A stretch of 60,724 nucleotides of DNA, counting the filler, from Ionaspis alba (taxonomy: Eukaryota): assembly GCA_964255285.1 (NCBI GenBank). It is 6 parts of 6 records of this genome, joined end to end, with 100 filler letters (N's around TTAATTAATTAA, not from the genome) between each part and the next. Parts side by side here need not be neighbours in the genome. Positions count along the whole stretch, not along the records: positions 20,338 to 30,381 come from CAXUUL010000631.1; positions 30,482 to 40,516 come from CAXUUL010000632.1; 4 more parts are not named here. One strand, given 5' to 3'. The translations under genes were made by a program, and so were the position numbers. Position 1 is the first letter of the stretch, and each line of letters opens with the position of its first letter. The notes below the pieces were generated by a model. That model searched no databases. It was not told the origin of the DNA and saw only the letters and a program-made list of their open reading frames with translations. Of the stretch, positions 27,698 through 40,616 are shown in pieces.

Positions 27698-29047
27698 CTA
27701 GCCTAGGATAGACTTCACAATACTAAAGGGCAATACAATATCTTTCTCCTCCCCTTTGTTCCTCCGCATGGCCGGATAAGCCCACACAGGTGTTGACCAC
27801 ACCACAAAACCCGTCAACCATAGGAACCCAAGAACCCTGATCCAGCGCGTTGGTGATGAGCGCCTACTGCCGTTGAAGCTATCGCGAGTGAAGCAAAATA
27901 AAGCCTGTACGGCGTCCTCGATTATAATGCCTAGCACCTGTGTGCAAAAAAAGCGCAGCGACCCGGATTCATGGGACGAGATTCCGCTACCGATGTCGGT
28001 GAGGAGATGCAGCAAGCCAGAAATAAAGAAGATCACAAATATTTTCGAGTAGCGTTGTAAGACGCCGTCTTTTGGTAAGTGAAAAATATTGTGCACGAGA
28101 AAAGCGGCGCAGCTGGAGAAAGGTTGCCGGAACATCTGGTGCCAGAAGACGCTGCGAAGATAATGGCATTGAGTCAGTATTGAATCCATAATATCAGAGT
28201 TAGCGGGAAAAGATAGGCTTGTTTACCCCCAGAAACGCCGCACTGTATACGCCTCCGCCAGCGGTCCAAAAGCAGGAGGCCAGGCCGTGACTTCACTAAG
28301 GCCCGTGCCGACGGCAACAAAACCCATGATGCCATAACCGACCCTGAACATACAGTATATGTTGAGCCACACGGCGAGTGAGGCGAATGTCCTAACGGCG
28401 AGCTCGGCGGCAGAAAGCTCATCCCAGCGGGCCAAGAGCGGGACATTCTGCTGGTTGAACAGAATAGGATTCTGTTCGGGTTGTGCCGCCAACATGCTGA
28501 GATCGACGACTAGATAACAGACAAGGATGGCGAGGGCGGTGTTACGTAGGAAGACGGCTCGCGAAGGCACGAAGTTCGCGTGACGATTTGAAAAGCGTGG
28601 CACATTCTTCACTTGAAAAGGGGTATTCACTTGGCGGGAAGAGAGCGTAGCGAGAAGCCCGAAACGTAACGGTGCCACTGTTGCATTTGCAGAATGTGTA
28701 ATGCCGTTGTTGCTGCCACCAGCAGTAACGTGGCCCTCCTTCCTCCCATCATCGTCCAATACCGGTACGCTCGGGCCGCCAGCCTCGAAGCTCCATCGGT
28801 TTAGCAGAACCAGATCGAGGTATCGCAGCAGATATGTAGGGGCATTGCCTGCGACTAGAGATGCCCAAAAAATGCGCGGAATATTCTCAAGGCAAGTCGC
28901 AATAACGCAGCAGGTACTGACGGCGACAAGGGGGAGCAAGACTGGGCGGATGAATGATGAGGGGGATGTATATCCGATGGCAATGGCAGTGGCGAAAATC
29001 TCGAAAAGAACAAGGCTAATGGGATGGAGCAGCGGTGATGACAGCAT
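27698..29047 (-). CDS. TRI7-like / wax-synthase MBOAT-2 family membrane-bound O-acyltransferase
   Basis: R.VNTPFQVKNVPRF, WPPAFG..AYTVRRFWG|VFWHQ, FFISGLLH and FFCTQVLGIIIED. Intron 28226-28152. Confidence 0.85.
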
Positions 29048-29059
29048 GGGAGAATTGTA

Positions 29060-29075
29060 ATATATATATATATAT
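29060..29075. repeat. (AT)8 microsatellite just upstream of the acyltransferase ATG
   Basis: atatatatatatatat. Confidence 0.8.
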
Positions 29076-30381
29076 CGAAAAATTGGGGTGAAGTGTGCTG
29101 CTTCCCTTTTCTTGAGGGGAACGACCGAGGGAAAAGGTAGGCAAGTGATGATCAGAGGTGGGCATCGAGAAAAGAACAAATAGGGCTGCGGTTTGCCGAA
29201 GCTTGAAACGATACCCAGCCATTCTTTTGCATGTTGCATATGCAGCGTTGACTGCTTAGACTACGACGGTGTCCTCTGCCACTACACCATGTAGCTACTC
29301 GGCAAAAGATCGTTCATAGGAGTTGTACATAACTCTGCCAACAGCAGTAACCTATTAATTACCTTAACCACAATGCGTGCAAGAGTAGGTACTTCTTATC
29401 TGCTTTTAAGTTAGTGATAGTCCATAACGTTGAACACGAATCAATGAAATAAAAGCACAAACAATAACGATACATTAAAAAAAGCCGCCGGAAAGATTAC
29501 GTATACGAGCCAGGGTAAAGCAGTATCGGCTCATCTTTCAGAGCTAGAAGCTGAAATGGATGAAGTTTTTCGTGTTAGTCTCTGTAGAGGTAGTCGAGTC
29601 AAATCCACTTTCTTGTCAACACAAGCCAATAGAACTACTTTCCAAGCAGGCTGCTTTTCTTACCCACAAACATTATTTGGCGGAAGCAACGACGGAAACC
29701 TGTAATAGATGAGATGTGAATGATCGCGAAATTCTCGACTGTGACAGCATTTTGCGATCGTGAGTGACATAGCTGAACCGTGAGATGCAGCATCACCAGA
29801 CAGCAGTGGCGCAGTCGAAAAGGATAATGGAACGAGCAGCAACGGAAATTATATCCTAAAGGTTGAGAACAAAGCGGAGCCTTAGCACAGAAGCATCGTG
29901 AAGCGGCACTCAAAACCAGACCTATCTGGACGTTCTGCTTTGTAGGTAAAAACGTTGCCCAATTTTCTTGAGTCTGTGGTCGTATGTGAAGGATAGTGCT
30001 TCAATATTTCCTTATACTATAAATAATTGAACCCCTAAGGCACAGAGCTCAAGACGCAAAGTCTATGTCCAATCAGAAGTTCGGACCGAATGAATATTCA
30101 ATCAGGTATTATCCAAATCGTGATTGAGGGAAGACTGTCTGGAAATTTACTCCTGGCGATTATCGAACTACCTTCCAATTGCTGTTTGCCCCAATCCGAA
30201 ATCCCAACGACGACATGGGAAAAGGTAACATAAGGGTCACCTCCAGTCACATAACCAGCATCGGCTATACCATAGCTGAACTATTGCCTCTCTGATTACG
30301 ATAAAGTAACACGACACCCGGCCCTGACGCTCACGCTAACTACCTCCTAGACTCATTTTTTCATGCACGAATTTCTTCCCA

Positions 30382-30481
30382 NNNNNNNNNNNNNNNNNNN
30401 NNNNNNNNNNNNNNNNNNNNNNNNNTTAATTAATTAANNNNNNNNNNNNNNNNNNNNNNNNNNNNNNNNNNNNNNNNNNNN
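30382..30481. other. Artificial scaffold linker
   Basis: N44-TTAATTAATTAA-N44. Confidence 0.97.
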
Positions 30482-30483
30482 AC

Positions 30484-31125
30484 CCATGGACTTTAAATAG
30501 TCTCAGGACCTTAACGGCAATATCAAGACATCAAACAGAGAAAGAGGCCAAACCGTTCATGCGGATAAAGGTGATAGACTGTTTTATTTCGTTCACCGTC
30601 GAATACTCGAACACATCAATGGACAAGGATGTTCCCACGAAAGCCGGTGAGGTCCGCATGCTTCCGAAAAACGGTGAGGATTTCCTGTTCAATGGCTACA
30701 GTGGTCTTATCATCGAACGTCTGAACAGATCGATCTACGAGAATGGTTCCAACCAAGCTTCTGAGATCAACCTGTCTTTTCAGAATGGTGTGCTCAAAGT
30801 AGGAGTCAAAGGTTGTTGTGATTCTTTAATCGTCAAACGACCTCACGCAGCAATGGACAATGAGGATGATAAAGCTTCTGCGATGCAAGCTCTTCAACAG
30901 AAGACTAGGGAGTTCCGGGAAAGAATTATTAATGCAAGCACAGATGAGGCTATGATGTCTGGAATGATTGACGCCGTCACTCATAATTGTCAGGATCCCG
31001 CATGGTGTTCGCGTGTACGTGCGCTTAAGAAACATGACAAGCAAACTTCCTCGAGAGACAAAATGCTCGAATTCTTTGGCTCGGCGAAGAATTTTGCGGA
31101 ACTGATCTTTCGACCAAGGCATTGA
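30484..31125 (+). CDS. Hypothetical protein, 3' fragment (open to the scaffold start)
   Basis: The frame of ORF 30559-31125 stays open back to 30484 (PWTLNSLRTL..), giving more than 210 codons of protein-like composition. Confidence 0.5.
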   Translation, partial: PWTLNSLRTLTAISRHQTEKEAKPFMRIKVIDCFISFTVEYSNTSMDKDVPTKAGEVRMLPKNGEDFLFNGYSGLIIERLNRSIYENGSNQASEINLSFQNGVLKVGVKGCCDSLIVKRPHAAMDNEDDKASAMQALQQKTREFRERIINASTDEAMMSGMIDAVTHNCQDPAWCSRVRALKKHDKQTSSRDKMLEFFGSAKNFAELIFRPRH

Positions 31126-31322
31126 TACAAACAGTTTTCAATTCAGTACAATGCATACACAGCCATATAAATGCTATTGTTAAGGCAAAGCTCCTGACGG
31201 CATCCATGCCCTATTCTCCACCGTCCACGTCCTTCACGCCCTGCAGTCCCTATCCACATTCCAAGAACCAAAACCTGCCTTCCCCAATCAAACCTCACAT
31301 GACACCACCTCACCACCAGCCC

Positions 31323-34300
31323 TCACGTCGGAGGAGCAAAAAACCTCGAACACTCGATAATCTCCTCATCATCATTGGCAAAATCCCATCCCACGATTTT
31401 CGGGTCCTGCGAGCAGCAGATGATACGTCGGGCGTCGAACTGCAGCTTGAAGACGCGGGCGTTGGATTGGCCGATTGCGTGGTTCGGATTAGGGGCTGCG
31501 GGAGGGAGAGGTTGAGGGGCGACCTGGGGCTGGGCCTGAGGTTGCGGTTGTGCAGCTTGCGGAAAATGTGGTTGCTGCGGAGGCGCTTGCTGGGCTGGCT
31601 GTTGCTGGGCGGGTTGTTGCTGGACGGGCACCGGTTGGCTTGGCGGTTGCTGGACCGGGTTTTGCTGAGGGAGTGGTTGCTGGGCTGGGGCCTGCTGAAG
31701 TTGTGGTTGAGGTTGAGCTTGATCTGGTTGAGTCGGTTGCTGCTGAGGTAGAGGATACGAGCCTTGTGTTGCATAAAATTGTGCATTGTGAATTATTTGC
31801 ATCTGGATCCTTTGGGCTTGCCGACTAGCTTGTTGCATCAGTGCTCGGTGATGCTGTTGGTAGACCTGTACCTGGGGTAGAATTGCTGGATTTGCGCCTA
31901 GCTGTTGAGCACTGTTGGCGCCGAATAAGTTCTGAACCTCAGGCACATTGGAGAGTCCGTTATGCAGGGCAGCGGCGCCGCTTTGTAATGCGTGCTGTAT
32001 AATTTGCTGTGCGGACATGTGGGCTTGAAGCTGCTGCGTTGACATCTGAGGTGGCGGCTGTTGTGACCCAGGAGGAGCGTGCGGTATCGGCTGTCCGTTC
32101 GGATAGGCAATCGGAGCAGGTGGCACGACCAGTGGACCATGTCCATGGTGTTGCTGAATATGACGAGGACCTCCCATTCGATGTACTCGATCAGAATGGG
32201 CAAAAATGACAGGTCCAGCTGCACGAAGGGCATCTCCTTGATTGAGTCTATGACCAACAACCCATCGGCCATCGTACGCTTTCTTCCAGACAATGATGCT
32301 CTCGTCGTAAGATCCCGACACAATGCGGGCCCATTGACTTCCTCCACCACCTGGAGGCAATTTGGCACCAATAGCCATAATGTCCTCAGGGCGTCTTGAG
32401 CCAGCATTGCGATCTCGATTGCGGTGTGCACCGGTAGGCGTATCGGAGAGGTCACCGGATTCCCTTGCTTCGAAGAAACTGCGGTCTGTGGCACGAGCTT
32501 CCAATTCCAAGTCTTCCTGGGAGCCAGGAGTATCTCCGAATGAAGCTTGAATGGTCCGGACAAGCTTACTATGACCTTCAAGACAGCCAACTTCTGCTTG
32601 AGAAACAGGATCGAAGATGCGGATGGTATTGTCGCTGCTCCCACTCACAACTCTTGTGCCATCATACTGAACGCAGGCTATGCCTTTCGTATGTCCACGA
32701 CAGACGGCTGTGCAAACGCCTGAGTGGATATTCCATACCTTGAGAGACCGATCGCCCGAAGCTGAGACAAGCTGGTCATCGTGAATATGAACAGCGTTGA
32801 CGGCGGCGCCATGAGAATCGATGGTCATAATCGTAGAATACTCAGAGATTGGCTCCTTTTGTTGCAGTGTCAAGCCTTCTTCGATGTCGTAAGGGCTAGA
32901 GAAGGCGCTCAAGTCGATGATGTACTCGGGACATTTACCTCCACCAGGAACGCCTCGAATGGGATAGTCTTTGTCGCCGGGTCGTAACTTCTGGCGATTC
33001 CAGATTTTGATTGTCTTATCTTTCGAACAGGTCACCAAGAATCGTTTGTCGAACTTCAGATTCAGGACAGATTCTTTGTGAGCTTGAGAAATCTTATTGA
33101 TCATTCTCCCGCTCGAGAACTGCCATATCACAACATCTGTATCGCTACTACCAGAAATGATGATGTCCTCCTTCTCATCAAACTGCAAGCAGAGAACAGA
33201 TCCGGTGTGACCCGTAAGTGGTCCTTGGACAAGTCTTTGGGTGTCCAAGTTCCAGATGCGCAAAGTCCGATCTCGACTTCCGCTCACAAGATACTTTCCA
33301 GAATACTGTATGGTGTAGACGCATTCCGTATGTGCTTCCTCTGGATGGGAAGCGTGGGGAAGCTGGAAACTCTTATATCTCCCCGCAGACCAGTTCTCTT
33401 CAAGCCTTTTTCTATGTTTATAGACGTGATGAAAGTTCAGTCGGGGGCTTCCCGAGAAACTTGGGAAGACTAGAGAAGGTTCTCTCAACGGAGAGCCGCT
33501 CTCTGGAAAAGGTTCTCTGATAGTTTCATCCTGAATTGATTGACCATATGAACCACCCGGAGTCGAAGGCCCCTCAGATTGGGATGAATCCTGTGTATCC
33601 ATTCGATCCGAGAAGCTGGTAGTTCTTTCCGTACCACCCACGACGGATTGAGTATCTACATCTCGCATTTCTTCATCCTGTAGACTCTCTTGTCTCGAAA
33701 GCCCAGCCACAATACCGGAGTCGGTAGAGCCTTGCGCGTGGCTACGAGGTTCACTGATTGGGCCACTTCGCGCCATACTCTGAGGTTGTGATGTTATACT
33801 TCCAACTTGAACACTTCCAATGTCCCGAGCTTTTCTCTTTTGTCCTCTCTGTTCCGCATGAGCTTCGGCCTTCCGAGATTTTCCCTGCTTTGGCAGTCCA
33901 CCTCTTGCGAGCAGGGTTTTCTCGAAGTTTGCTACCTCTGCCACATTGTAACCCCATCCTTCCGCAGTATATTTCTGTCTCCACAGCTGGCTCTGTAGTG
34001 CACAATCTCGCCACGTTTTGGAAACTTTGGAGGTCTCCAACAACATATGTGGGGAGAGATATGACAATATCTGAGTGGTTGTCTCCGGGGGTAAGATCGA
34101 CACAGGATCCAGATGAAGAAGTGGTCGCAATCTTTCGACAATTGCAGCAATGGCTGACGTTGGTAAGGTGCGTAAGACATTGTAGGCGTACTCTGTAGAC
34201 GGTTGGTTAGTCCTGTTCAAAATTGAAATCCTTCGAGACGATCATGGGCGGAAATCATACCAGCTCTTTCACCCACATCCAGATTAAGGGCGACATCCGA

Positions 34301-34501
34301 TAGTCCCACAAGGGTAGAACCAGGAGCGCTCATGCCACTTATCCTTGCTTCTATACCCAGCGAAGAGTCACCATCTTGACTCCTTGTGTCCTCCGAATAA
34401 CCCTCATCACCCTTGAACGGAGCTGTTTCCATTGATGCGACAGGGCATGGTGACGTGCATACTCGTGAAGGGTCGAGGAGACTCGATGGAAATCGGTTCA
34501 T
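31323..34501 (-). CDS. fwd1: F-box/WD40 protein, beta-TrCP/FWD-1 orthologue
   Basis: F-box LHLDPVSILPPETTTQILSYL; WD40 repeats HTECVYTIQY..SGSRDRTLRIWN, GHTGSVLCLQF and GHTKGIACVQYD; terminal RVFKLQFDARRIICCSQD. Intron 34260-34193; start at 34501 or 34432. Confidence 0.9.
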
Positions 34502-34739
34502 ACTGGAAGCTGAGCGAGTGTGGAAAGAAGAGGCAAATCTTAGTCTTGGTCGCTCCTGCCAGCTGCCCCCCAGATTTGGCTGGCACAAGTTGCCCGGAAA
34601 CTGAACTATACCAGTGTTTCTATCGTAGCGGTACGACCGTTATGCAAACGATCTTGCATTGACCGATCGAATATGGTTCGAGATTTGATGGTATCTGTAT
34701 GCGAATCGTGTTACTCGTATCAGCAAGTTCGAGGCGGTG

Positions 34740-34949
34740 TATTCAGTGAATAGAATCAGAAGCTGAATCTTGATCTCGGGGAGGCAACCAAGCANNNNNN
34801 NNNNNNNNNNNNNNNNNNNNNNNNNNNNNNNNNNNNNNNNNNNNNNNNNNNNNNNNNNNNNNNNNNNNNNNNNNNNNNNNNNNNNNNNNNNNNNTATTCA
34901 GTGAATAGAATCAGAAGCTGAATCTTGATCTCGGGGAGGCAACCAAGCA
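34740..34949. other. N100 gap flanked by an exact 55-bp duplication (assembly artefact)
   Basis: 34740-34794 is identical to 34895-34949. Confidence 0.95.
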
Positions 34950-36028
34950 TGAAAACAGGTTCCGATCGTAAGCCAAATGCACTCGATTTTCACTATATTC
35001 AGCCTTGCCCAGCAAGATCAGATCTATCAGTTGTTTCGGTTATTACGACGCGAGGTCGTATAATAGAGAGACAGAGGAGCTGTGATGCCTCAGATTATTG
35101 ATAATCCGGAGGTGGTCTCCATGGGCGTTGCCTCGTTTGGCCTGGCTCCAATCATCGCCTCGTACTTCACTGTGGCCATAAACCGTTAGAGCTTTCTTCG
35201 GAATATGTGACGGGCCGAGCCAGGCATTAGTCTAGAAACGGCTAAGCCGCTATCTGGAAACGTGAAGGAAACCTTCGAAGGCCCAGTAGTCACGCAGTAG
35301 CACCCTGACCATCCATTTATTCAGGGAGCCACACTACCGAATACTCCCTACTGCTACCACTTGGGTCTTTTCTAACTACGACTACTTCTCTCCTTCTCAT
35401 CTGTTGCTCTTCACCCCAAGAATCATATGTCCGATCGACTTCCATTCTCTCAGCCTGCGATTACTAGGAAGAACTTCCACCGCCCAACTTCCACACTTCG
35501 ATCCTCAATTCCCCGCCTTTTTCAACTCCTTTCGCGGTCGGCTACGGGCAAAGCATACCCCTTCCTTCACTTGGGCATCAGCAATTGGTCCTTGCACCAA
35601 GCTCTGCGTGTGATAACGCTACTTAGTCTCTTGCTTTCGGTAGCCAACCTGCTCTCAGATCCAGATCAGTCTTGTTGACTGTCACATTCCTCGGTCGCAT
35701 TCAGCAAGCACGTCCATAGGGTCTGGAACTCTGTTCAATAATCACATCGACTGGAGCGGTTCTGCAACTGCAGTGCGAATAACACTCTTTGGATCCTTGT
35801 CATAATATCGAATACCGCGTCTCGCACGTCTTTACCTGGGCGGACCCGGCCTCGGGTGAGGCCACTTGCAGGCTCAGACCGCATTGGCTTGCCATTCGTG
35901 CATACCACTAAGCTATTGACAAAGCTATCCCTCGTTGACGGCATGTCATCCACTCCATAGAAAGGAGCTCTGGATTGTGTTTCTGTATTGATAATTCGAA
36001 ACCGTCACCTCATCGCGCAGTACCATTG

Positions 36029-39000
36029 ATGGCCGCTGTTGCACCTGCCGCTCGAACAGTCGCCAGCAACATGAATTACATGACTGCATATCATCCTTCG
36101 AGGATGAACGGGACAGCGGCTACACCAACGCCCTTCTCCCCTTCTTCCGCGGGTCAATATCCACGTCCTGGCCTGGAGCGCAGCCAAACCGAGTCGACCC
36201 TCACTCAGATCCCAAGCTCATCGACTGTCACGGTGCAAGAGAACAATATCGTGAATAGGAAAGGGGGCGTGAACAGTTCGCTGTATCGAAGCAGTCTTGC
36301 ATTGAAGAGACGACTAGCAGAGGTTCCGGGATTTGTTCAATATCTCATGGAAATGGATATGTTAGAGCGAGAAAGCGACGATGAGACGGATCCTGTCACA
36401 TCAATGTGGAATCTCCTACGACGGGGTGTTCCACTCCTGGCCATATACAATGCTTTGGATCCGAAGGTCCCTTTACAGATAAGCTCCGTGGTATCAGAAG
36501 CGAAGGTTGGGAAAGTTGCGACATTCAAGTTCTTGGAAGCTTGTCTCGAAGAGTTGAAGTTCCCTCCAAGTGAATGTTTTCTGATTACAGACTTGTATGG
36601 AGAAGACACTACCGGTTTTGTAAAGGTATGTCAAGTATTCTCGAAAGTCATGACTACCCTTACCCTTTCCTGTCTGCCTCAGTAAAAGCGATGGTTGAGA
36701 AGCTAACTCTCCTCGAAGGTGTTGAGAGTCATCAATCGGGTTCTTGATGTTCTCGAAGAGCGTGGCGTGCTTTTACATACTGAAGATCCCTCAGGAGTCA
36801 ATGGTGATACTGACCAACAGCCGCGAAGTCATGCGCAAAAGATTATTGACGAACTTGTGTCCACCGAAAGCGACTATGTACAGCATCTCGAAACGCTTCA
36901 GCAGTTCAAAAACCAATTGGAGGAGTCCGGAGCGATACCTGGAGATGTAGTACACGACATCTTCCTTAACCTCAATGCTTTACTCGATTTTCAACGGCGC
37001 TTTCTGATACGAATAGAACAACAATATTCTCTGGATCCAGCTGCACAGAATTGGGGCCAATTATTTGTTCAGTACCAAGAGTCATTCCGAGTATACGAGC
37101 CTTTCATTGCGAATCAGAATCGATGTAATGCTATCGTCAGCAGAGAGTGGGACAAGATCAAAGCAGCACCGTTGTCACCAGCTTTCCAAGGGATGGTTGA
37201 GACTCAGGCCGTGCTTGGGGGTTTTCTGATGAAGCCATTTACACGACTGACTAAATACCCTATGCTGTTGAAGGTATGATCTATCTGGAACCTCGGCCTA
37301 TCAATCTTTCGTCGTGGTAGTGCATGCACTGACTTATGATCCAGGAGTTGAAAAGAAAAGGCAATCTTAGTCCAGAGAAGATCGAAGATCTAGATAAAGG
37401 GTCCGAAGCAACGACCTCCATTCTTGCCAGAGCAGACCAAGCAATTGATAGAGAGTCACGCCACGCCGCCATTCAAGAATTACAGGCCCGCGTCGAAGAC
37501 TGGAAAGGACACCAGATCGAGAATTTTGGCGATTTGATTCTCTCCGGTGATCATACGGTTCTCAAGCCGGATGGAGCGAAAGAGGTAGAAAGGGAGGTTC
37601 GTAAAAGCCCACCAACAGTACGAGAATTTCCTTGCTTGCAAGCCGGTACTGTCTCAGATTCTGGTCGAATGACTGCCAGTACTTTGCTTTGCGTATGATG
37701 GAAAAGCAATTTAATCATTATAGCTAACAGCATTGTTTGCACTCTAGTACAAGATTTACCTGTTCGAGCGCATCCTTCTGTGCTGCAAAGAGATCAATCC
37801 AAACAAGTCGAAGAATCGACTTGGAACCAAAGCTGTGGACAAGAAGGGAAAGCCTCGTCTACAGTTGAAAGGCCGCATCTTTATGCAAAACGTGACAAAC
37901 ATTATTATGGAACATGGTAGGCTTGTCCCAGCTTTTAGCAAATCACAACGCATGGTCACATTCATATATGCTCACAACCAATCGCTGTAGGCACTCTTTG
38001 GCTTCAGATCTTTTGGAAAGCGGATCCTGGGATGGAAAATTTCATCATTCGCTTTGCGAATGAGGAGATGAGGAACAAATGGTATCACCACGTTTTGGAG
38101 CAGAAAAATACACTGAATGGGTGGCTACGAGAAGCAAAACCGGGTACCGCGACCTCTGACACAGATTTCGTGTACATGAGGACACAGCCGAATATTAAGA
38201 ACCCCTACGAGCAGGAAGATGACGGCGAAGAGGATGACGAGAGGACACTGGTCGGTTCACCACCCATTGGTGGCTACTCTGAATTTGCCTCAAGTAGAAA
38301 TGCTTCAAGTACAAGTTTGAGTGGTCGATCGAGAGCAACACCTGGTAGCAGCGGAACACCGGTATTGCAACATTTGAATCGAGTACCGCCAGCTAGGTTT
38401 CCCCTTCCGGAAAATATCGCTGGGTCGAATGTACCTCCCTTGACAGTTGCAACGACCTTTCCTGCTGCTATGGTAACCCCGGATGAGCGTGCTGGATTTT
38501 CGTACTTTTCTCCCTCCGTGGAATCTCCCGCATCAACGCGATCGAGCTCGCAGATGGGTATGTATCCGTTCCCGCGGCAGCACACTCCTGTAACGAATGG
38601 CTGGACTGGAGAAGAGAAAAAACACAACACCGCGCCTCCTATGGGCCGCGGCCCTCAGAGAGATGATCAGAATGGCTACATGGTAAATGGACGCACGAAT
38701 CAGCGACCTTCCTTACCTGTAATGACCGCTTCTCAGCAGCAGCTATCCCTCGCCCAAAGCCGTCTACGGTCGGCCAGTAGTCCAGATATCCAAAACACAA
38801 ACTCCACCGCCCAGAGAAGATACGCAAACGGACAATTGCAACCCCCGATCGATATGGTTCCCGTCCCACCAATCCCGTCTCACATGCTTAACAATCGCAG
38901 CCAGACTAACTCACCTGTTGACCTGCAACGAGGTGTACGGACCGCAACCCAATCTCCAGTTCTCTCCCGAGACCGCATACCACCGCAATATCCACCTCAA

Positions 39001-39456
39001 TATGGTTACGAGCCATCGCATCAGCCAGCCATCCGCCCTGACCCTCGGGTCAATGGACACCCAATACACGCACCACCCAACCTCGCCCAGCGAGTGATGC
39101 CACCGAACCTCCAAACCCTTACTCTCCAAGACGAGGAGATTCCTTGTCCATCGCAATTGAAGGTCAAGATATTCTTCGACCCTGCGCCGAGTCATGTCAC
39201 GATAGTGGTGAACAGCTCTATTAAGCATCGCTCACTGATCGACCGGATCGATTCTAAGATGGAGAAGGTGACATCCTCCTCGATAGCGAAGGGTACCGCA
39301 AGACTGAGATATGTCGATGCGGAAGAGGACTTTGTGACGATCAATTGCGATGACGATGTCAAGATGGCTATCCAAGAGTGGGCGGAAGTGAATGAGGAGA
39401 GTTTGAGGAATGGGTCGACGCCGGATTTCCAACTGTATTGGGCGGAGATTCACTAG
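36029..39456 (+). CDS. CDC24: Cdc42 guanine-nucleotide exchange factor CDC24/Scd1 (CH-DH-PH-PB1)
   Basis: CH-like DPVTSMWNLLRRGVPL..FLITDLYGEDTTGFVKV; DH ELVSTESDYVQHLE..KPFTRLTKYPMLL; PH LQLKGRIFMQNV; PB1 LRYVDAEEDFVTINCDDDV. Introns 36626-36718, 37274-37344, 37597-37747 and 37917-37990. Confidence 0.95.
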
Positions 39457-40516
39457 TTGGGTTCGAGAAGTGTTTATGAGTCACGAGTGAATGAGTCCGT
39501 GGTCCTTGTCGTCATGCGGACGAAAGCAATATCCAATCTGTTCTTTGTTTAGCTGTTTCCATACAGTCTACCGAATTAGAACATCTCTTCCTTCCACCTT
39601 TCACATTCTGGCGTTGGCGGCTCGTCTCCCGCAACCATGTTCGAGACTTTTACTTGAAAGCACTACAGGGAGGCTGGGCATTGGCATTCAGCTGCCGGAG
39701 CAATCCGGCAGGGCGTTCGTCGGATTGGGTTGCAGATAATTGGTTCATACGGTGGGTCTGTGGTGTTTGTGCTTTTACTGTGGCGCGCAGGCCAAGAAGG
39801 CTATGATGGGTTGATCGATGATGGGATGAAGTTGATATGTCTTTATGAATGCCGGGAAGAGAAATTAGGTATCATTCTCATCTTGGCTTTCTCGTGAATG
39901 TGACATGTTGTGATTACTGTGATTGGTGGATCCGAGGGATTGTGGATGTACTGATATGGGACATGCTTACCGGCCGTGGAATAACAGCTGCCTTGGTTTT
40001 GGTACCGTGGTTCACGTACAGTCGTTCCAAAGAGCCGGATTTTATGTTTACCGGAAAGGTGGGTCGTCGTTGCTTAATTCGCTGTCGCCTGCTTACCATT
40101 ATTCGATAAGCTGCTTTGTTTACTCGCAGTTCAAACTTTACGATCCACTGACTCCCAGCCTTCTGATTTTGTTATCTATTGCCAAGAAATGTATCAATTA
40201 TGCCTTATCAATTACACTTTGCACTGCCCCCTTCAGTGAGGAGGCATAGCTATAAAGGTACGCTTTCCCCTCAATTTCTATCGACTGGCAGGCGAGCTAG
40301 GATCGGGGAAGGAAAGGGAAGGGAAGGAAGGACCTGGGTTTGTTTTTCGGCGATTGTGTACATACCGAGGAGGATCGGGGTTTGGTTTTTTGGCGATTGT
40401 GTACGTAGAGGAGGACTTGGGATTTGATGGGCTTTGCTTTTCTGGGCGAGGGGGAAATGGGATGATGGACTTTGAACTTGGGAATTGGGAACGGGCTGGG
40501 TATCGAGGGTCGGGGG

Positions 40517-40616
40517 NNNNNNNNNNNNNNNNNNNNNNNNNNNNNNNNNNNNNNNNNNNNTTAATTAATTAANNNNNNNNNNNNNNNNNNNNNNNNNNNN
40601 NNNNNNNNNNNNNNNN
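40517..40616. other. Artificial scaffold linker
   Basis: N44-TTAATTAATTAA-N44. Confidence 0.97.

Noticed and set aside
31122..31828. Leu/Arg-rich and Asn/Ser-rich ORFs overlapping FWD1
   Set aside because: Shadow frames of the Q/P-rich coding repeat.
40336..40416. Two ~40-bp imperfect direct repeats near the scaffold end
   Set aside because: Only two degenerate copies in low-complexity sequence; no element structure.
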